IMG/VR virus record: IMGVR_UViG_3300011115_000173
Location: 1 to 61,002 of that record
Reading direction: 5' to 3' (one strand)
From: a virus
Lineage: Duplodnaviria > Caudoviricetes
Length of the DNA stretch: 61,002 nt
This document shows positions 37,067 through 49,500 of the stretch, one piece after another (the stretch's first letter is position 1; every line of letters begins with the position of its first letter). The notes beneath the pieces were generated by a model. That model saw only the letters and a list, made by a program, of their open reading frames with translations, made no database searches and was not told the DNA's origin. The position numbers and the translations under genes were made by a program.

Positions 37067-37345
37067 ATGGCTTACTCACAAAAAACAATCGACATGGTTA
37101 TGCGGGCACCAAAGACTCCGGGCAATCAGCTCGGACGTTGGGCGGTGCATCACAACTTTTCTGTTGTTCGCATTTCCAAGGCGCTTGGCGTAACCCGCCA
37201 AACCGCATACAACTGGTTCGCTGGTGGAGACATCTTCGCCGCGTACGAGCACCGTGTAGAAACGATGCTCAAGTACCTTCAAAATTCACGTTCTGCCGAT
37301 GAGGCATGGGGAAAAATATGCAAGCATTACGGCCTTCAGCCTTGA
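37067..37345 (+). CDS. Cro/XRE-like HTH protein
   Basis: SVVRISKALGVTRQTAYNWFAG helix-turn-helix. Confidence 0.75.
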   Translation: MAYSQKTIDMVMRAPKTPGNQLGRWAVHHNFSVVRISKALGVTRQTAYNWFAGGDIFAAYEHRVETMLKYLQNSRSADEAWGKICKHYGLQP

Positions 37346-37500
37346 GCAACCGCGAACTGCTCTTGGCTTGCGACAACGCATGGACTTCGGCGGGTCTGCC
37401 CCTTGACCTCCAGTTTGAGTTGTACTCACGCTTTCGCAACCTCGCTCCTGTAGACGCGCACCCACAACGCGACGAAAAGCAACTCGACCTTTTCATGTAA
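37318..37500 (+). CDS. Small protein with C-terminal QLDLF beta-clamp-binding-like motif
   Basis: Ends KQLDLFM; lies directly before the primase gene. Confidence 0.55.
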   Translation: MQALRPSALSNRELLLACDNAWTSAGLPLDLQFELYSRFRNLAPVDAHPQRDEKQLDLFM

Positions 37501-37513
37501 CCCCAAGGACTCT

Positions 37514-40447
37514 ATGAACCCGCTTGAATTCCTTGCGGTTATTCTGCCGTCCCCGGCATCTGGGGTTTACTGTGCGGCGGAACTAAGCACAAAAAAGAAG
37601 GAGCATCTGTATGTTGAAAACATGGAGGACATTTACCCTGCCGTAGACGGCTGGGTTGAAGCTAAGCAGGACGCTTACTTCGCTTTGGCTACGTTTAAAA
37701 GCGTAGGCAAACGCACTGCGGAGAACGCCGCCTGCATGAAAGCCTTGTTCATTGACATGGACGGCTACGCTTCCAAGAAGCAAGCAGCACTGGCGCTCGG
37801 TGCGTTCCTTGCCGATACTGGCTTGGACGCGCTGGGTGCTCCGTGGATTGTGGCCTCCGGCGGGGGTCTGCACTCCTACTGGCCTCTCACCGAGGACACG
37901 GACGTGGCGGTGTGGAAGTCTACCGCCGAGAACTTCAAGCGCCTGTGTAAGCAGCAAAAGCTGAACATCGACATGACGGTGACAGCAGACGCAGCGCGGG
38001 TACTGCGGATTCCCGGTACGTACAACTTCAAGAAAAACAAAGACGGCTCGTGGAAGTACGGTGAACCCAAGCAGGTAACGCTCCTGACAGAAGGGGACAC
38101 ATTCGACTTCGACACCATCAGTCATGCCATCGCAGCCAAGCTGACCACAATCGCTCCAGTAGCGGCAACGTCTGCGTTGAATCTGCCGGGTAAGCGCCCA
38201 GATGCAGCGCCTGTAGTGCCGACCACGATGGCTGTGTCCAAGCTGTTCGAGAACAGCACGACCAAGTTTGGCACGATCTTCTTGAAGACCAAGAAGGGGG
38301 TCGGCTGCGCCCAGCTCAAGCATTTTGTTGAGAACGCTGAAGACGATGGCATGGAGCCGCTGTGGCGGGGCTGGCTGAGTATTGCGCAGAAGTGTACGGA
38401 CGGGGAGAAGGCAAGCGTTTGGCTAAGCGGGCTGCATCCCTACGACGAGAACCGGATGCGCGAGAAGCAGGCGCAGATTAAAGGCCCGTACCCGTGCGTC
38501 AAGTTTGAGAGCGAGAACCCCGGCGTGTGCGGCGACTGTCCGCACTTCGGCAAGATAACCAACCCACTGGCACTGGGGCGGGAGATTGCAGTCGAGACCG
38601 CTGAGAAAGAAATCGAAATCATTGTGCCTTCGGACAGTCCCAGCATCGCCCCCGAAGTTAAGAAGCTGCTGCGCCCAACCCCTCCGCGTGGGTTTGGTTA
38701 CGGTAGCAAGGGCGGTGTATTTTCAGAAAAATCTATGGAGGATGCAGAGGGCAAAACAACGAAGAAACAAGTCATGTTGTTGCCTTACGATTTGTTTGTC
38801 GTGGATATTTTGAACAGCAACGGTGACCACACGGTTTACATGTTGGCATTGCGTCCAGAAGGTCCGGCAACAGTCACTATCCCGCAAAGAGCGGTAGTTA
38901 GTAAAGACGAGACAGTCAAAGCGCTGGCTCAACAAAACATCATCGCCGCTTTCGGCGCTGGTAACGATAAAAACCTTTTTGAATATGTTAGGGCATGTGT
39001 GGAACAAGCAAGTACAGGCAAGGCAGCCGTTAAAGTGCCATCAAACTACGGCTGGCAAGAAGACGATACGTTCGTCTTTGCTGGCAAAATCTATAGCAAG
39101 ACAGGAGCGCCAGTCTCCGTACCTATGGCCGGGTTGGAAAACCTTGTGGCTAATACCAAGCCAACAGGAACCATCGAGGCATGGCGTGCGTTTGTCAACC
39201 TCCTCATCCACAAGAAGATGTACGCTCACTTGGCGGTCTTGCTTGCCGGGGCTGGAGCACCGCTGATGCGCTTTACAGGCATCTACGGCATGACGTACCA
39301 CTGCGGCTCCACTGAGTCAGGCACAGGCAAGACGCTGGCGCTTGAGGCAGCAGCCTCGGTATGGGGTCACCCTACGCACTACCGCACAGGTAAGGGCACA
39401 TCGCCTGTAGCCATGCAGCAGCGCCTCGGCCTGCTCAACAGCAACCCGCTGATTACAGACGAGATAACCAGCAAGAACCGCAACAACTTCGAATGGTTCC
39501 CTGAGTTTCTGCTGGACATGACCGAAGGCCGGGGCAAGGAGCGCATGGAGTCCGGCTCCAACAAAGAGCGCCTGAACCTGTCTACGTGGATGACCGTTGC
39601 CATCATGTCGTCTAACACCCACGCTGTTGATATGCTGACCGGGGGACGCACCCACTCGTCCGAGGGCGAGATGCGCCGCTTGCTGGAGTTCATCATGGAC
39701 CAGCCGCTGACGTGGGAGCCGCATGAGATTGAGATCGTTAAGTCGTTGCAGCACAACTACGCTGTTGCTGGGCACATGCTGGTCGAGTACATGGCTAAGA
39801 ACGTGGACTTGCTCAAGACGCTGGTGCCTGAGATTGTGGCGAACATGTACAAGGAGTTCAACGCGACCAATGATGAGCGCTTCTGGATGGCTGGGTTGGC
39901 TGAGCTGGTCGGCGCAGGGGTGCTTATGTCCAACGCCCACGCCGGGGTTATTGACATCCCGATGGGCAAGATTATCGAGTTCCTGCACGGCATCGTCACA
40001 GGTATGCGCAACAACATCAAGGGCAACGCTCGTAGTGCCGAAGACGTACTGAACGCATACACCCGTGAGCACTACGGTCACTTCATTGTTATCCGCCACA
40101 TTGAGGGCAACCGGGTGCTGGCTGAGCTGGGCAACGGCAAAGAGATCGATGACTCCACCACTAGGTCGCGTATCATGGGGCGCATTGAGCACGGCGCAAC
40201 GCCGGGGTACATCGACTACTTCATTGAGCAGAGTATGCTCAAGGCGTGCTGCGCCAACATGAGCTTTGGCTACACGGACTTCAAGCGCCAGCTTGGGGAG
40301 CTGTTCAAGGTGTCTGAGATAACCAAGAAGGACATGACGGCTAAGACCCGTGGCCCTCAGATGCGCGTGTCCGTGCTGAAGATTTCACGCCTTATCACCG
40401 AGAAGGACAATGAGCTACTCAATTCGGTTCCCGTGGGACAAGACTGA
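37514..40447 (+). CDS. Primase-helicase fusion (AEP/RepB-like primase plus DUF927-type helicase)
   Basis: FIDMD, SGGGLHSYW, RVLRIPGTYN; CxxC; Walker A SGTGKT and ITDE. Confidence 0.85.
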   Translation: MNPLEFLAVILPSPASGVYCAAELSTKKKEHLYVENMEDIYPAVDGWVEAKQDAYFALATFKSVGKRTAENAACMKALFIDMDGYASKKQAALALGAFLADTGLDALGAPWIVASGGGLHSYWPLTEDTDVAVWKSTAENFKRLCKQQKLNIDMTVTADAARVLRIPGTYNFKKNKDGSWKYGEPKQVTLLTEGDTFDFDTISHAIAAKLTTIAPVAATSALNLPGKRPDAAPVVPTTMAVSKLFENSTTKFGTIFLKTKKGVGCAQLKHFVENAEDDGMEPLWRGWLSIAQKCTDGEKASVWLSGLHPYDENRMREKQAQIKGPYPCVKFESENPGVCGDCPHFGKITNPLALGREIAVETAEKEIEIIVPSDSPSIAPEVKKLLRPTPPRGFGYGSKGGVFSEKSMEDAEGKTTKKQVMLLPYDLFVVDILNSNGDHTVYMLALRPEGPATVTIPQRAVVSKDETVKALAQQNIIAAFGAGNDKNLFEYVRACVEQASTGKAAVKVPSNYGWQEDDTFVFAGKIYSKTGAPVSVPMAGLENLVANTKPTGTIEAWRAFVNLLIHKKMYAHLAVLLAGAGAPLMRFTGIYGMTYHCGSTESGTGKTLALEAAASVWGHPTHYRTGKGTSPVAMQQRLGLLNSNPLITDEITSKNRNNFEWFPEFLLDMTEGRGKERMESGSNKERLNLSTWMTVAIMSSNTHAVDMLTGGRTHSSEGEMRRLLEFIMDQPLTWEPHEIEIVKSLQHNYAVAGHMLVEYMAKNVDLLKTLVPEIVANMYKEFNATNDERFWMAGLAELVGAGVLMSNAHAGVIDIPMGKIIEFLHGIVTGMRNNIKGNARSAEDVLNAYTREHYGHFIVIRHIEGNRVLAELGNGKEIDDSTTRSRIMGRIEHGATPGYIDYFIEQSMLKACCANMSFGYTDFKRQLGELFKVSEITKKDMTAKTRGPQMRVSVLKISRLITEKDNELLNSVPVGQD

Positions 40448-40595
40448 ACGGGGGCAGGGGTTTTTTGTCCCCTGCCTCGACACGCAAGCCGTGCGCATCA
40501 AGGGCTTGAACGTTGCTTTGAGATACCGGGATGCCCGCGCTATTGCGGGCATCCGTAACGGCCTCATCGGGGTGTGGTTCTATCGGCTAGGCTAA
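40410..40595 (+). CDS. Small putative DNA-binding protein, last gene of the early arm
   Basis: FPW...GQGFFVP...GVWFYR; overlaps both the primase end and the convergent giant gene. Confidence 0.5.
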   Translation: MSYSIRFPWDKTERGQGFFVPCLDTQAVRIKGLNVALRYRDARAIAGIRNGLIGVWFYRLG

Positions 40596-43500
40596 GGAAC
40601 TGCCTAGCGTAGGCCACCTTCATTTTGTCTAGACGCTCAAGCGCCGCGTCTTTCTGAGCAGTGGTAAGCTTAGGTGCGCTCCTTATCGCTCGTTCTTGCT
40701 TAGCCATCTCTCCCAGCGCCTTCTGCACTGACCCCGAGGTGGACACAAGCGCCAACTGGTTTGAATACTCCTGCACAAACGCCGCAGCTTCGGCACGCTT
40801 GCCTTCTTCAACCAACTTGTTGTACGACCCCTTAACCTGCTGAATTTCCTGCATCTTGTCGTAGGCCGAATCCAACGTGCCGCGCCCTTCTACTGGCTGG
40901 AACAAACCGCCGATGAACGGCATCTTGCTCGGCTTCGTGGAAGGCTTCTCAACGGCAGTCGTTTCCGTATTGAGCAGCGGGTTGGCAAGCTGCACCAGCG
41001 CAATTCCAAGACCTCCGGTATAGCCCCGAATTAGGTAGTCGATCTTGATGGGGCTGACACCCACAGCGCCAGTTACGGAGCCTAGGAGTTTTGCCACCTC
41101 AGTGCTGTTTTCGCGGTAGCGGTCTTTAGCCAGCGTCTGCTTCTCGCGCTCGGACTCGATGTCGCCACCAAAGAACGACTTGCCCAGCACCACTTCGGTC
41201 AGCGGCTTGATGGCCTGCGGCAAAGCAAACGGGTTGGACTGCCCCAGCAGCTTACCCATACCCTTGACGACCTCGCCCGCTTTTTCGTCGCCAGCAGCGA
41301 GGTTGTACACGGCTTCAGGCAATGACTTGAACAAGTATCCCAATTCAAACGGGATGGGTACGCGCAGTGGCTCTGAAACGCCGGGAACGTATACAAACCA
41401 ATTGCTGTAGCGCTCTTCTGGCTTGGCGCGTTTGTACGCCTCGTCGTCTTGCATTGCCGCAGCGTAGGCCATCGTACCGATTGCCAGCAGCATACCGCGC
41501 TGAAAGAGTTTCTCGCGTATTTGTAGCTGTTCGTTGTGCGTCATGTCGCCCTTGAAGGCGCGGTACAACACATCCAGACCCTGAATCTGCGCGTTAAAGA
41601 ACGGAATCATCGTGGACAGCATCTGGATGCTGGGCGACAAACCGCGACGGCTGAAGTTCATTGACTCGACTGAGCGCAGCAGCGCCTGCTGGTGGCTCAT
41701 GCCCTTGGCTATGGAGTCCTTGTAGATCGTAGCGCGGGTTGCCGTATCGCCTTGCAGCGCAAACGCATCGGCCTTAGCCAAGAGTTTTGACCAGCCGGAC
41801 TTGCCTGAAGTAATCTCGCGCAGCACCTTGCTCATGTCGCGCTCATCGCCAGTAAAGACGTTGCTGCTTACCGCGCCTGACTCCATCAGGGTGCGCTCGG
41901 TTTCGCTGCGGCCTGCAACCATCGTTGCCAGCTCTTTGAACGAACTCAGCACCGGGATAGCGTCCGTCCCAGTTGTCAGCCACGCATTGAGCGGGTCACG
42001 GATAGTCTGGCGTATAGCGTATGGCGGCGCACGGGTCACAAACTTCCGCAAGATATCAGCAGGCATACCCAGCAGCTTGACCACCGCAGGAATGGTTGTC
42101 TTGATACCTTCCATACCCTCAACAATGTACTTGGCGGGGATGCCATACATATCGGTGTCGATTACAACGTGCATGTCCACGCCGTTTTGCTTGAAGCGCA
42201 CGGTGTTTGGGCTAGCAGGGCCGGGGCCGTTTGCAATACGGCTAGCAATGCCAATCTTGCGCAGCATGAACGCGGTTTCCTTGACGCTTTGATTGCGCAG
42301 ACCCAAGTTGGTCAGCATAAACGTGTTCTGCACCATGCTGGCAAAGATCGGCATGATCTCTTTGTTGTCGCCCACAAGCTGCTGAAGCTGCGGCTCGTCC
42401 TTGATGTTGCCGATACGCACTGGGCGCTCTTTGTCAATCATTAACTGGACTTCGCCGTTGGCGTTCACGCGGTAGTACGGCACGTACGTGATGGCTTTCA
42501 GCTCGGCTGCTTTGGTGGCAGTCAGCTCCCCGGTCTGCACAAGGAAGTCCATCTGCCCCGCGTTAATCTTTTGGTAGATCGCCATTGCTTCCTTGATGGC
42601 TTCTTTCTGTTTGGGGTTTGCATCAAGATGCGCTAGTGCGCGTTCGTATTTAGCTTTGGCAGCGGCGGGGTCAGAGTAGTTCAACTTTGCCCAGTCAACC
42701 TGTTTGGCACGCTCTCCGGAGGTAATAATCGTCAGCAACCCTTCAGCTTCGGAGTCACTGGCAAACCCGCCCTTGTTCAGCGCTTCTGCCATTTGCATGG
42801 CGTTCGCACCCTTGGTGCTTTGGTAGGTGTGCTCAATACCTCTGTCCGTCTTGGTCGTGACCAGCGACACGGAGCCGTTGGTAAGAAACTGAGTAGCAAG
42901 CTGACTGCGGTGCTCACCAAAACGAAGCAAGTATTCTGCGTTACCCGCCTCAACATCTGTCAGCACACCCTTACTCATGCCAACTTTGAAAGCTTCGGAC
43001 ACCGCAGCAAACTTGTCAACGAGCTGCATACGTCCGGCAAGCCCAAGCACATTGCCAAAAAACTTATCAACAGCGGACGGCTCGGGCGTTGCGTCAAACT
43101 CGCCGGGGGTGCGGCGTGATGTAAAGGAGAAGCGCCCTTTGCCTTCGTCTTTTACGCCATACGCTTTCGGTGCGTAAACTGGCACCTCCGGCGCTTCAAC
43201 CAGCGCTTGCACAGGTGCAACATCACCGATACGGTTCGGCGCAATCAGCTTTGATTCGGGGTACGCTACATCGGCCTCAACAAAATGCAGCGGGTTGTCT
43301 GCGTCGTACGGTTTACCGTCCGACATGATGGCGCGGTAGTCTAGTTTTTCTGACTCAGCAGGAGCAATGTAGTCGAGCGGGTTTGCCTTCATGTCTTCTA
43401 ATCGGGCTTTACCAATGCGGTCAGCATCTTCGGGGGTACGGTCTTTCTGCTTGATTTCAATACCAAACTGCGCGGCAAACTCCCGCATCGAGTTGCTTCC

Positions 43501-46500
43501 GTCTTCAAGGGCCGCAATATCTTTCTGAGCCAGTACATGCGCCACAGGCGTTTCAACCGTTCCGTTCTCAATGTAGCGGTACGAAGGGGGAACGAACAGC
43601 GCGTCGATGGCGGTGATTGCCGACCCCAGCATGGTGTCCGTTTTTTCCACGCCCAGCATACGCATGATGATGCTTTTAAACCCGGCAAAAGCGTCAGACA
43701 GTTTCCACGGCTTTTTACGCAACTGCTCTTGCAAGTTTCTGTTCGACATGACCTCGGCCACGAACTCGGACAAGCTGCTTTTGGCATTAACGCTGGTGAT
43801 GCGGGGATCTGCTTTAGCCGCAGCATGGAGCATCTTTAGTTCGCGTATAGCAACGCGTTGCATCTCCGAAAGCATACTCGGGTCTATCTCGTACATCTGA
43901 ATGACACGCTCTGTGCCTGCGTGTGTGCCTTCATGCAGCAAAACTTCCTGAGACAAGCCGCCATTTTGGTTTAACGAAACCATGCGGCTGGTAGCCATGC
44001 CCAGCACTTCCTTGCCGTTTTTATCCGTCAGGCCGGGGACAATCTCAGAATTAGTTTTGTCAAGCAATATAGCCAAGCGCTGAGCTACTGCACGGTTAAG
44101 CGTGGATGTACCTTTGTCGCTTGCCATGTCCTGCAACGCCGCACCAATGTCGTTTTCTTGGAGCGACATAACTTGAGTTGGCGTGAGGTCAGGGCTTTCA
44201 ACTTCCACGCCACGGGCAAAGCTGGGTTCTTCGGGTATTTTTCCAGCAGTGCTTTGGTTTACTACATCTTCAACCGCCGATTCTGCGGCTAAAGCAGCCT
44301 GTTCTGCGGCGGCTTCTTTTCTACGTTGCGGCCCGGTTTTGCTGTTCTCAATAGCCGTTTGAAGTTCTAGCTCAGCCGCGTAAAGGGCGTTGTCCGCAGC
44401 ATCCGAGCGTTGCAAAGCTGCATCGGAATCAGCCGCTTTGGCTTTGCCTACAGCAAGCGCAGCTTGTTTAGCAGTTTCTTGTGCGTCGGCTACCTTCTTA
44501 CGCAGTGCGTCTAAAGAAACTACATTGGCGCTGCGCTGCGCTTGCAGGCCTGTTATTGGGCGTACTTGTCCGGCCTGCAATACTTTGCCTTGTCCAACAC
44601 CGATTTTGCGCACCACGGGGCCAATCTTGCGTGCAGGTAAGCGCTCCGACCCCACCACATCTTCGTCCGGCGCAGCCTCAATACGCCCTTTAGCAACTGG
44701 AGCGCGTTCTATACCGCGTTTAGTATCCCGTCTAGCCTCAAGTGAGGCAAGTTCCCGTTTGTATTTGCGTACGGCGCGTTCGCGGGATTCGCGCAATTTG
44801 GCCGACTGGCCTTTTTCGTTCTGAAGCAGGTCTTCGTTCTTGGCAATGTTCTGCTGTACCTTCGGTATCCGGGCATTAATAGTCTCAAAAATGGGGTTCG
44901 GCAGCGCTTCGCCTTCGGCGTTGTACTGCACGTCGTTAGCAAACTGCTGCTCAATCTCCGCAGCGCGGGTCAACAGCTTGGTTTTTTTGCCTTGGGCATC
45001 TACCTGTTCGGCTTTGATCTGGGCAACTTCGGTTTCAACACGCGGAAGAGTGGCAACCAATGCAGCGCGTTCTTCGCGCAAACGGTCTAACACGATCTTT
45101 TCGGACTGCCGCTCAAGTTTGTTTTTGAACCCTTTGCCTTTGCTGAACACCTTCTTTGCGCTGGCGGCAATCTGCACATCAAGCGCGGCGATCTCTGCTT
45201 GAACACGCTCTGCACGCGCCTGCGTGTTGGCTATCATCTCGTCAGCGCCGTCAATCACGGCATCAAGCTCAAGCACGCGTTCAGGAACTGCGTTCACCAC
45301 ATCCAGCAGTTTGCGGCGTTTCTCAAACGAGACACGCTCGGCAGGGAGTGCTTGTAGCGCTTCAATTTGCGTCTGCTCGGTATTGCGTTCTGCGTTGTCC
45401 CGTGCTTCGCGGTCTGCCTTTGTTTCGTTTTTTGGCGCACCAAGGCGTGTCTGCGCTGGCATCTTGGGTGTTAAGCGTGCAGCTTCGGCAAGCTGGAAGG
45501 CGCGTTCAGCGCTGGCTAAACGCATTTCTGACGCGAGTTGTTTTTCTAAATCCGTAGCCGCTTTCATAATGTCAACAAAATTAGCCACATCTTCTTTTGC
45601 AGCTACGTTGACGTTCGTCCTGTTCATCTCTGCCAACAGCGCTTTTTCAGTAGCCGTAACGTCTGCCAGAGCAGTTTCTGCCTTAGACACAAGGTCGCGT
45701 GCAGCCAACATATCTTGACCAGCAGCCCTCAGTTCGGCTTTGTTGGCAGGCTTACGCTGCTGTTGTTTGAAGGCCAAGTCCAGAGTCAGTTTGGCGTTAA
45801 GCATCCGCGACACCAGCTCGTCCATCTGGTTTGCTTCTTCTTGCAACTGCATCTGGAAGTTCAAGTCTTTGTCCAAAAAGGCAACGACCCGGCTTTGCGT
45901 CTGGTTCAAAGCAAACGATGCCCGCCACTGGCGCGTAGCGTCTACAATTTTTTGTTGTGCAACAACTACTTTTTTGTCTTTACTAAAGTCTTCAAGTACG
46001 CTGGCCCAGTTTTTACCTGCCGTCTTGTCTGCGCCGCCGGGGAACATATCAGACTTTAATTTATTAAGCAGGAAATCCAGTTCTTTCTTAGCGTCCAATA
46101 CCTTTCGGATTGCGGCCATCTCACCTTTTTGAAACTCCGTGGTGTTAGCGGCAATAGCTTTGGTGATGTCTTCCGAGGTTTTTACGGAGAAGTTAAACGC
46201 TGTTTCTGCTTGTATAAATTCTTGCTGGTATGCTGTCAGCTCGGCATCCATCCTATCTTGGACGGCTTTTAAATTAGCTTCTGCTTCACTCAACATTTCT
46301 TGTGCCAAACGTAGCTGGGCGCTGCGTGCCGTACGTTCTGCCGAAGACATCTCTCTGAGCGAAACAGCGTCTGCTGCCTTACGGGTTTGCAGTGCTTGAT
46401 ATTGAGCGCCAAGATTTTCAATGCGTGTTGTTAACGCATCGGCTTGAGCGCGGAACGCATCTGCACGTTTTTGAAACGGAGCCAAACGCTGAAGCAGGCG

Positions 46501-49500
46501 CGAGATTGTCGGCATACCCAAACCAACCGAGGAACGCATTTGTTGCAGTGCATCGCTGGCAAGCCACTTGTCGAACGCAGCAGGGGTGTCAAAAATATAC
46601 CCTTGCAGTTCTTTATCCGAAGCAAACAACTCTTGTTGTTGTGCAGTGGTGACTTTTGTACCCCCACCAAAAAACCTTTCCCGTGTTTCAATCTGCGTTT
46701 CAGACCGTTTAGCGCGTTCAATCGTGGCTAACTCAGCTTTGATATCTGACGTAAGCTCTGCCGATGGTGCAACACGGGCGTTGATACGTGCAGCATACGC
46801 TGCGGCCATGCTGCGGCGCTCGGGGTTAATGTTGAACATTTGGAGGTTGTCGGCAATAGCCTCCAGTACCTCTCGCTGATTAGCGGGGATGTCGCCACGC
46901 GCAAAGGCTCTGTCCAGTTCAGCCCGCAGAGTCTTCTCGGTATCTTGAGCAACCGACAGCTTGCGCTCAACGGTTGTTTGGTTGGTGGCAACAGCCTTGT
47001 TCTTCAGTTCGTTCAAGCCTTCTTTGATTGACTGGCTGGCAGCGTACTGCTTGGCAAACGTCTGCCGTCCCGGAGCGCGAGATTCAACGGTAGGAAAGCC
47101 TCTACCCTCAACAGGCGATGCAGAGAACGAGCCGTCTTTGTTTTGCGCGGGTAAGAACAGGTCTTTGTCTTTTTGACTCAGGTTACGCGTGTCACCAAAG
47201 CGCGACACAAGGTCGTACAGCAGTTGGTTAGCCTGTGCCCGGATAACGCTGGCTTCTTCTTCGGACACAGCAACGCCGCGTGTAGCCTCAATGTCAGTAA
47301 TTAAATTGTCTACGACAGCAGCACGCGCCGTTTCCAGTTCGTCGGCTTTCGCCAAACCCTTGTTGTACTTAGACACAATCGAAACCATGTCAGCGTAGGC
47401 TTGGGCGCGTGCATCAGCAGCATCTTGTTGTTGAGATACCCGTACAGGTTGTCTTGCGCGTGCAAAGTCCCCTTGTCTCTGTGCCGTAGTGCCCGCAAAC
47501 TTGTCTTCGCCTTTTTCGCTCGGAGCCAGATCATCCAGTTGTTTTTGCGCACGGTTTGCTGCGGCCTTGTTGCCTGTTTCACGGGCAATCTGAATCTCCG
47601 CTTGCAGCTCAGCGCGAGACGCCGTGGGCGCAGCCCGCTTTTCACCTGACTGGATACCGCTGTTTGTCTCTTGCCCAAACAACAAGCCTTGCTCGGACAC
47701 TGTTGCAGATTTGCCCATCTGCGCTTGCTTTTCCATCCTCGCAATGTCTTGCTCCGTAAAGCCGTCTTGGCGCATACGGTCGAGCATTTCTTGGTCGCTC
47801 AGGTAATCGGCGTAGGGTTGCTCTAGCAAGGAAGTCTGCTGTTCTTGTAAGTCCCCCTGCGGTTCGTACGTGCGCTTATTGAACTGCGCGGTTGTTTCCG
47901 ACTTGTTTTTAAACCTTGCCAGAGGGATTTCTTGCTGTCTTGACGTAAGCCCCTCCGCTTTTAGTTCAAGCAGCTGTTGGGCGTATTTACGAATCTGGTC
48001 GGAATCGCCTTCTTTTTTAGCAATTTTAAGATGGCGGGTAATACGTGCCAACTTGTCCGCACTAGATTTTGGCGTAGCAGCGGCAGCTTTAATAGCGTCA
48101 GCCAATGCAGCGCGAGTTTTATCCTGTCGGTCAAGTAACTTAATAAGCTCTTCTGGGTCCGATGTCTGTGCAAGTTGTACCTGCTGATCTTCGTCAAGTT
48201 GCTGGAGCTGGCGTACCTGCTGCGCGTAATCAACAGGCGCTTCTGTAGTCGGTTCAGCCGTTGGTGGTGCGGTTGTGCCCGCAGGTTCAAAACCGGGAAG
48301 CTGTGCTTGGTAGCCGGGGATTTGCGTAACTTGAATCTGTTTGATCGCGGGGGCAAGCCTGTTGTACTCCGCGCCCAGTCGTGAAAGTTCGGGCGCTAAG
48401 TCTTGAAGCTGCTGGTTAAGCTCGGCGTTAAACGCTTTGTCCGCTGTCGCGGTGGGCGAGTCTTTAGTTATCTTGCGCTTCTGGGCAATCAAATCCGCTT
48501 TGGCCTTCTCGGCTGCGGCATAGTCATCTGCAATCTTAAGCGCGTACTCTGGCGTGTTCCTAGCGGCTTGGTCTGCGGCTGCTTGTTCTGCTGCTTGTTT
48601 AGCGGCAATCTGCCTGTCTTCCGTAGCTACCGTGGACCTTGCTCCCATACGCTCATGCACGCCCAAGCCCCCACCAAGCGGAGAAGCCAGCACCATGTTC
48701 AGCGCTGTGGCACGGTAGCTCTTGAACGCATCGTCGTCCGCCAGAGGCTTGCCAACGGCTGCACGGTCAACTACGTCCTGCAAAATCTCGGTTGGCAACT
48801 CGCCCAAGGCAAACCCGCCCGTACCACGGGCGATTGTTTCAAGCGTGCCACGACCCGCTACCTTGCGGGCTTCGTCAATAAGTTCTTTTCGCGCTGCGGC
48901 GGCTGCGGCATCGGCGGTCTCTTCAGCTACTTTTTTACCGATTGCGTTTTTAAAGACGCTTGGCATGGCAATCTTGGTGCCCACCAAATTGAATGCTGCG
49001 TTAACTGCGGCATACGGGGCAAGTTCCAAAGCGCTGACATCCGGCTTTTCGCCTGCTTCTTTTTGTGTTTGGATTTTTTCTTGGGCTTGCCCACCCAACG
49101 CTTGAATGGCGTTGACTAGAAACGGAACGGCGTATTGACCAACTTGGGCACCAGCAACAGCACCGGCGGGGCCAGCCAAAGCGCCCAGCGCACCGCCACC
49201 AAGACGGCCAGCCGCAGCCAAACCAAACTCTTGCCCGATGGACGGTACGAGGCTAGCCATAGCCGATGGCACTTGACGGATCGCTTCGCCAGCAGCGCCG
49301 AGGTACTCACCTTGGTTAAACTTATCAAACACCTTTTCGGGTTCAAAACCCGACTTGTATTTTTTCTGGAGTTCTTCTTGGCGGGTCAAGCCTGCTTGTG
49401 CCGCTTGAGTGGCATCCCCTGTCAAGGCCGCTATACCTGTGCGGCCAATATTCAGCAGGTTGGAACCCGCCCCCATGACATCGGCCATCAAGCCTTCTTT

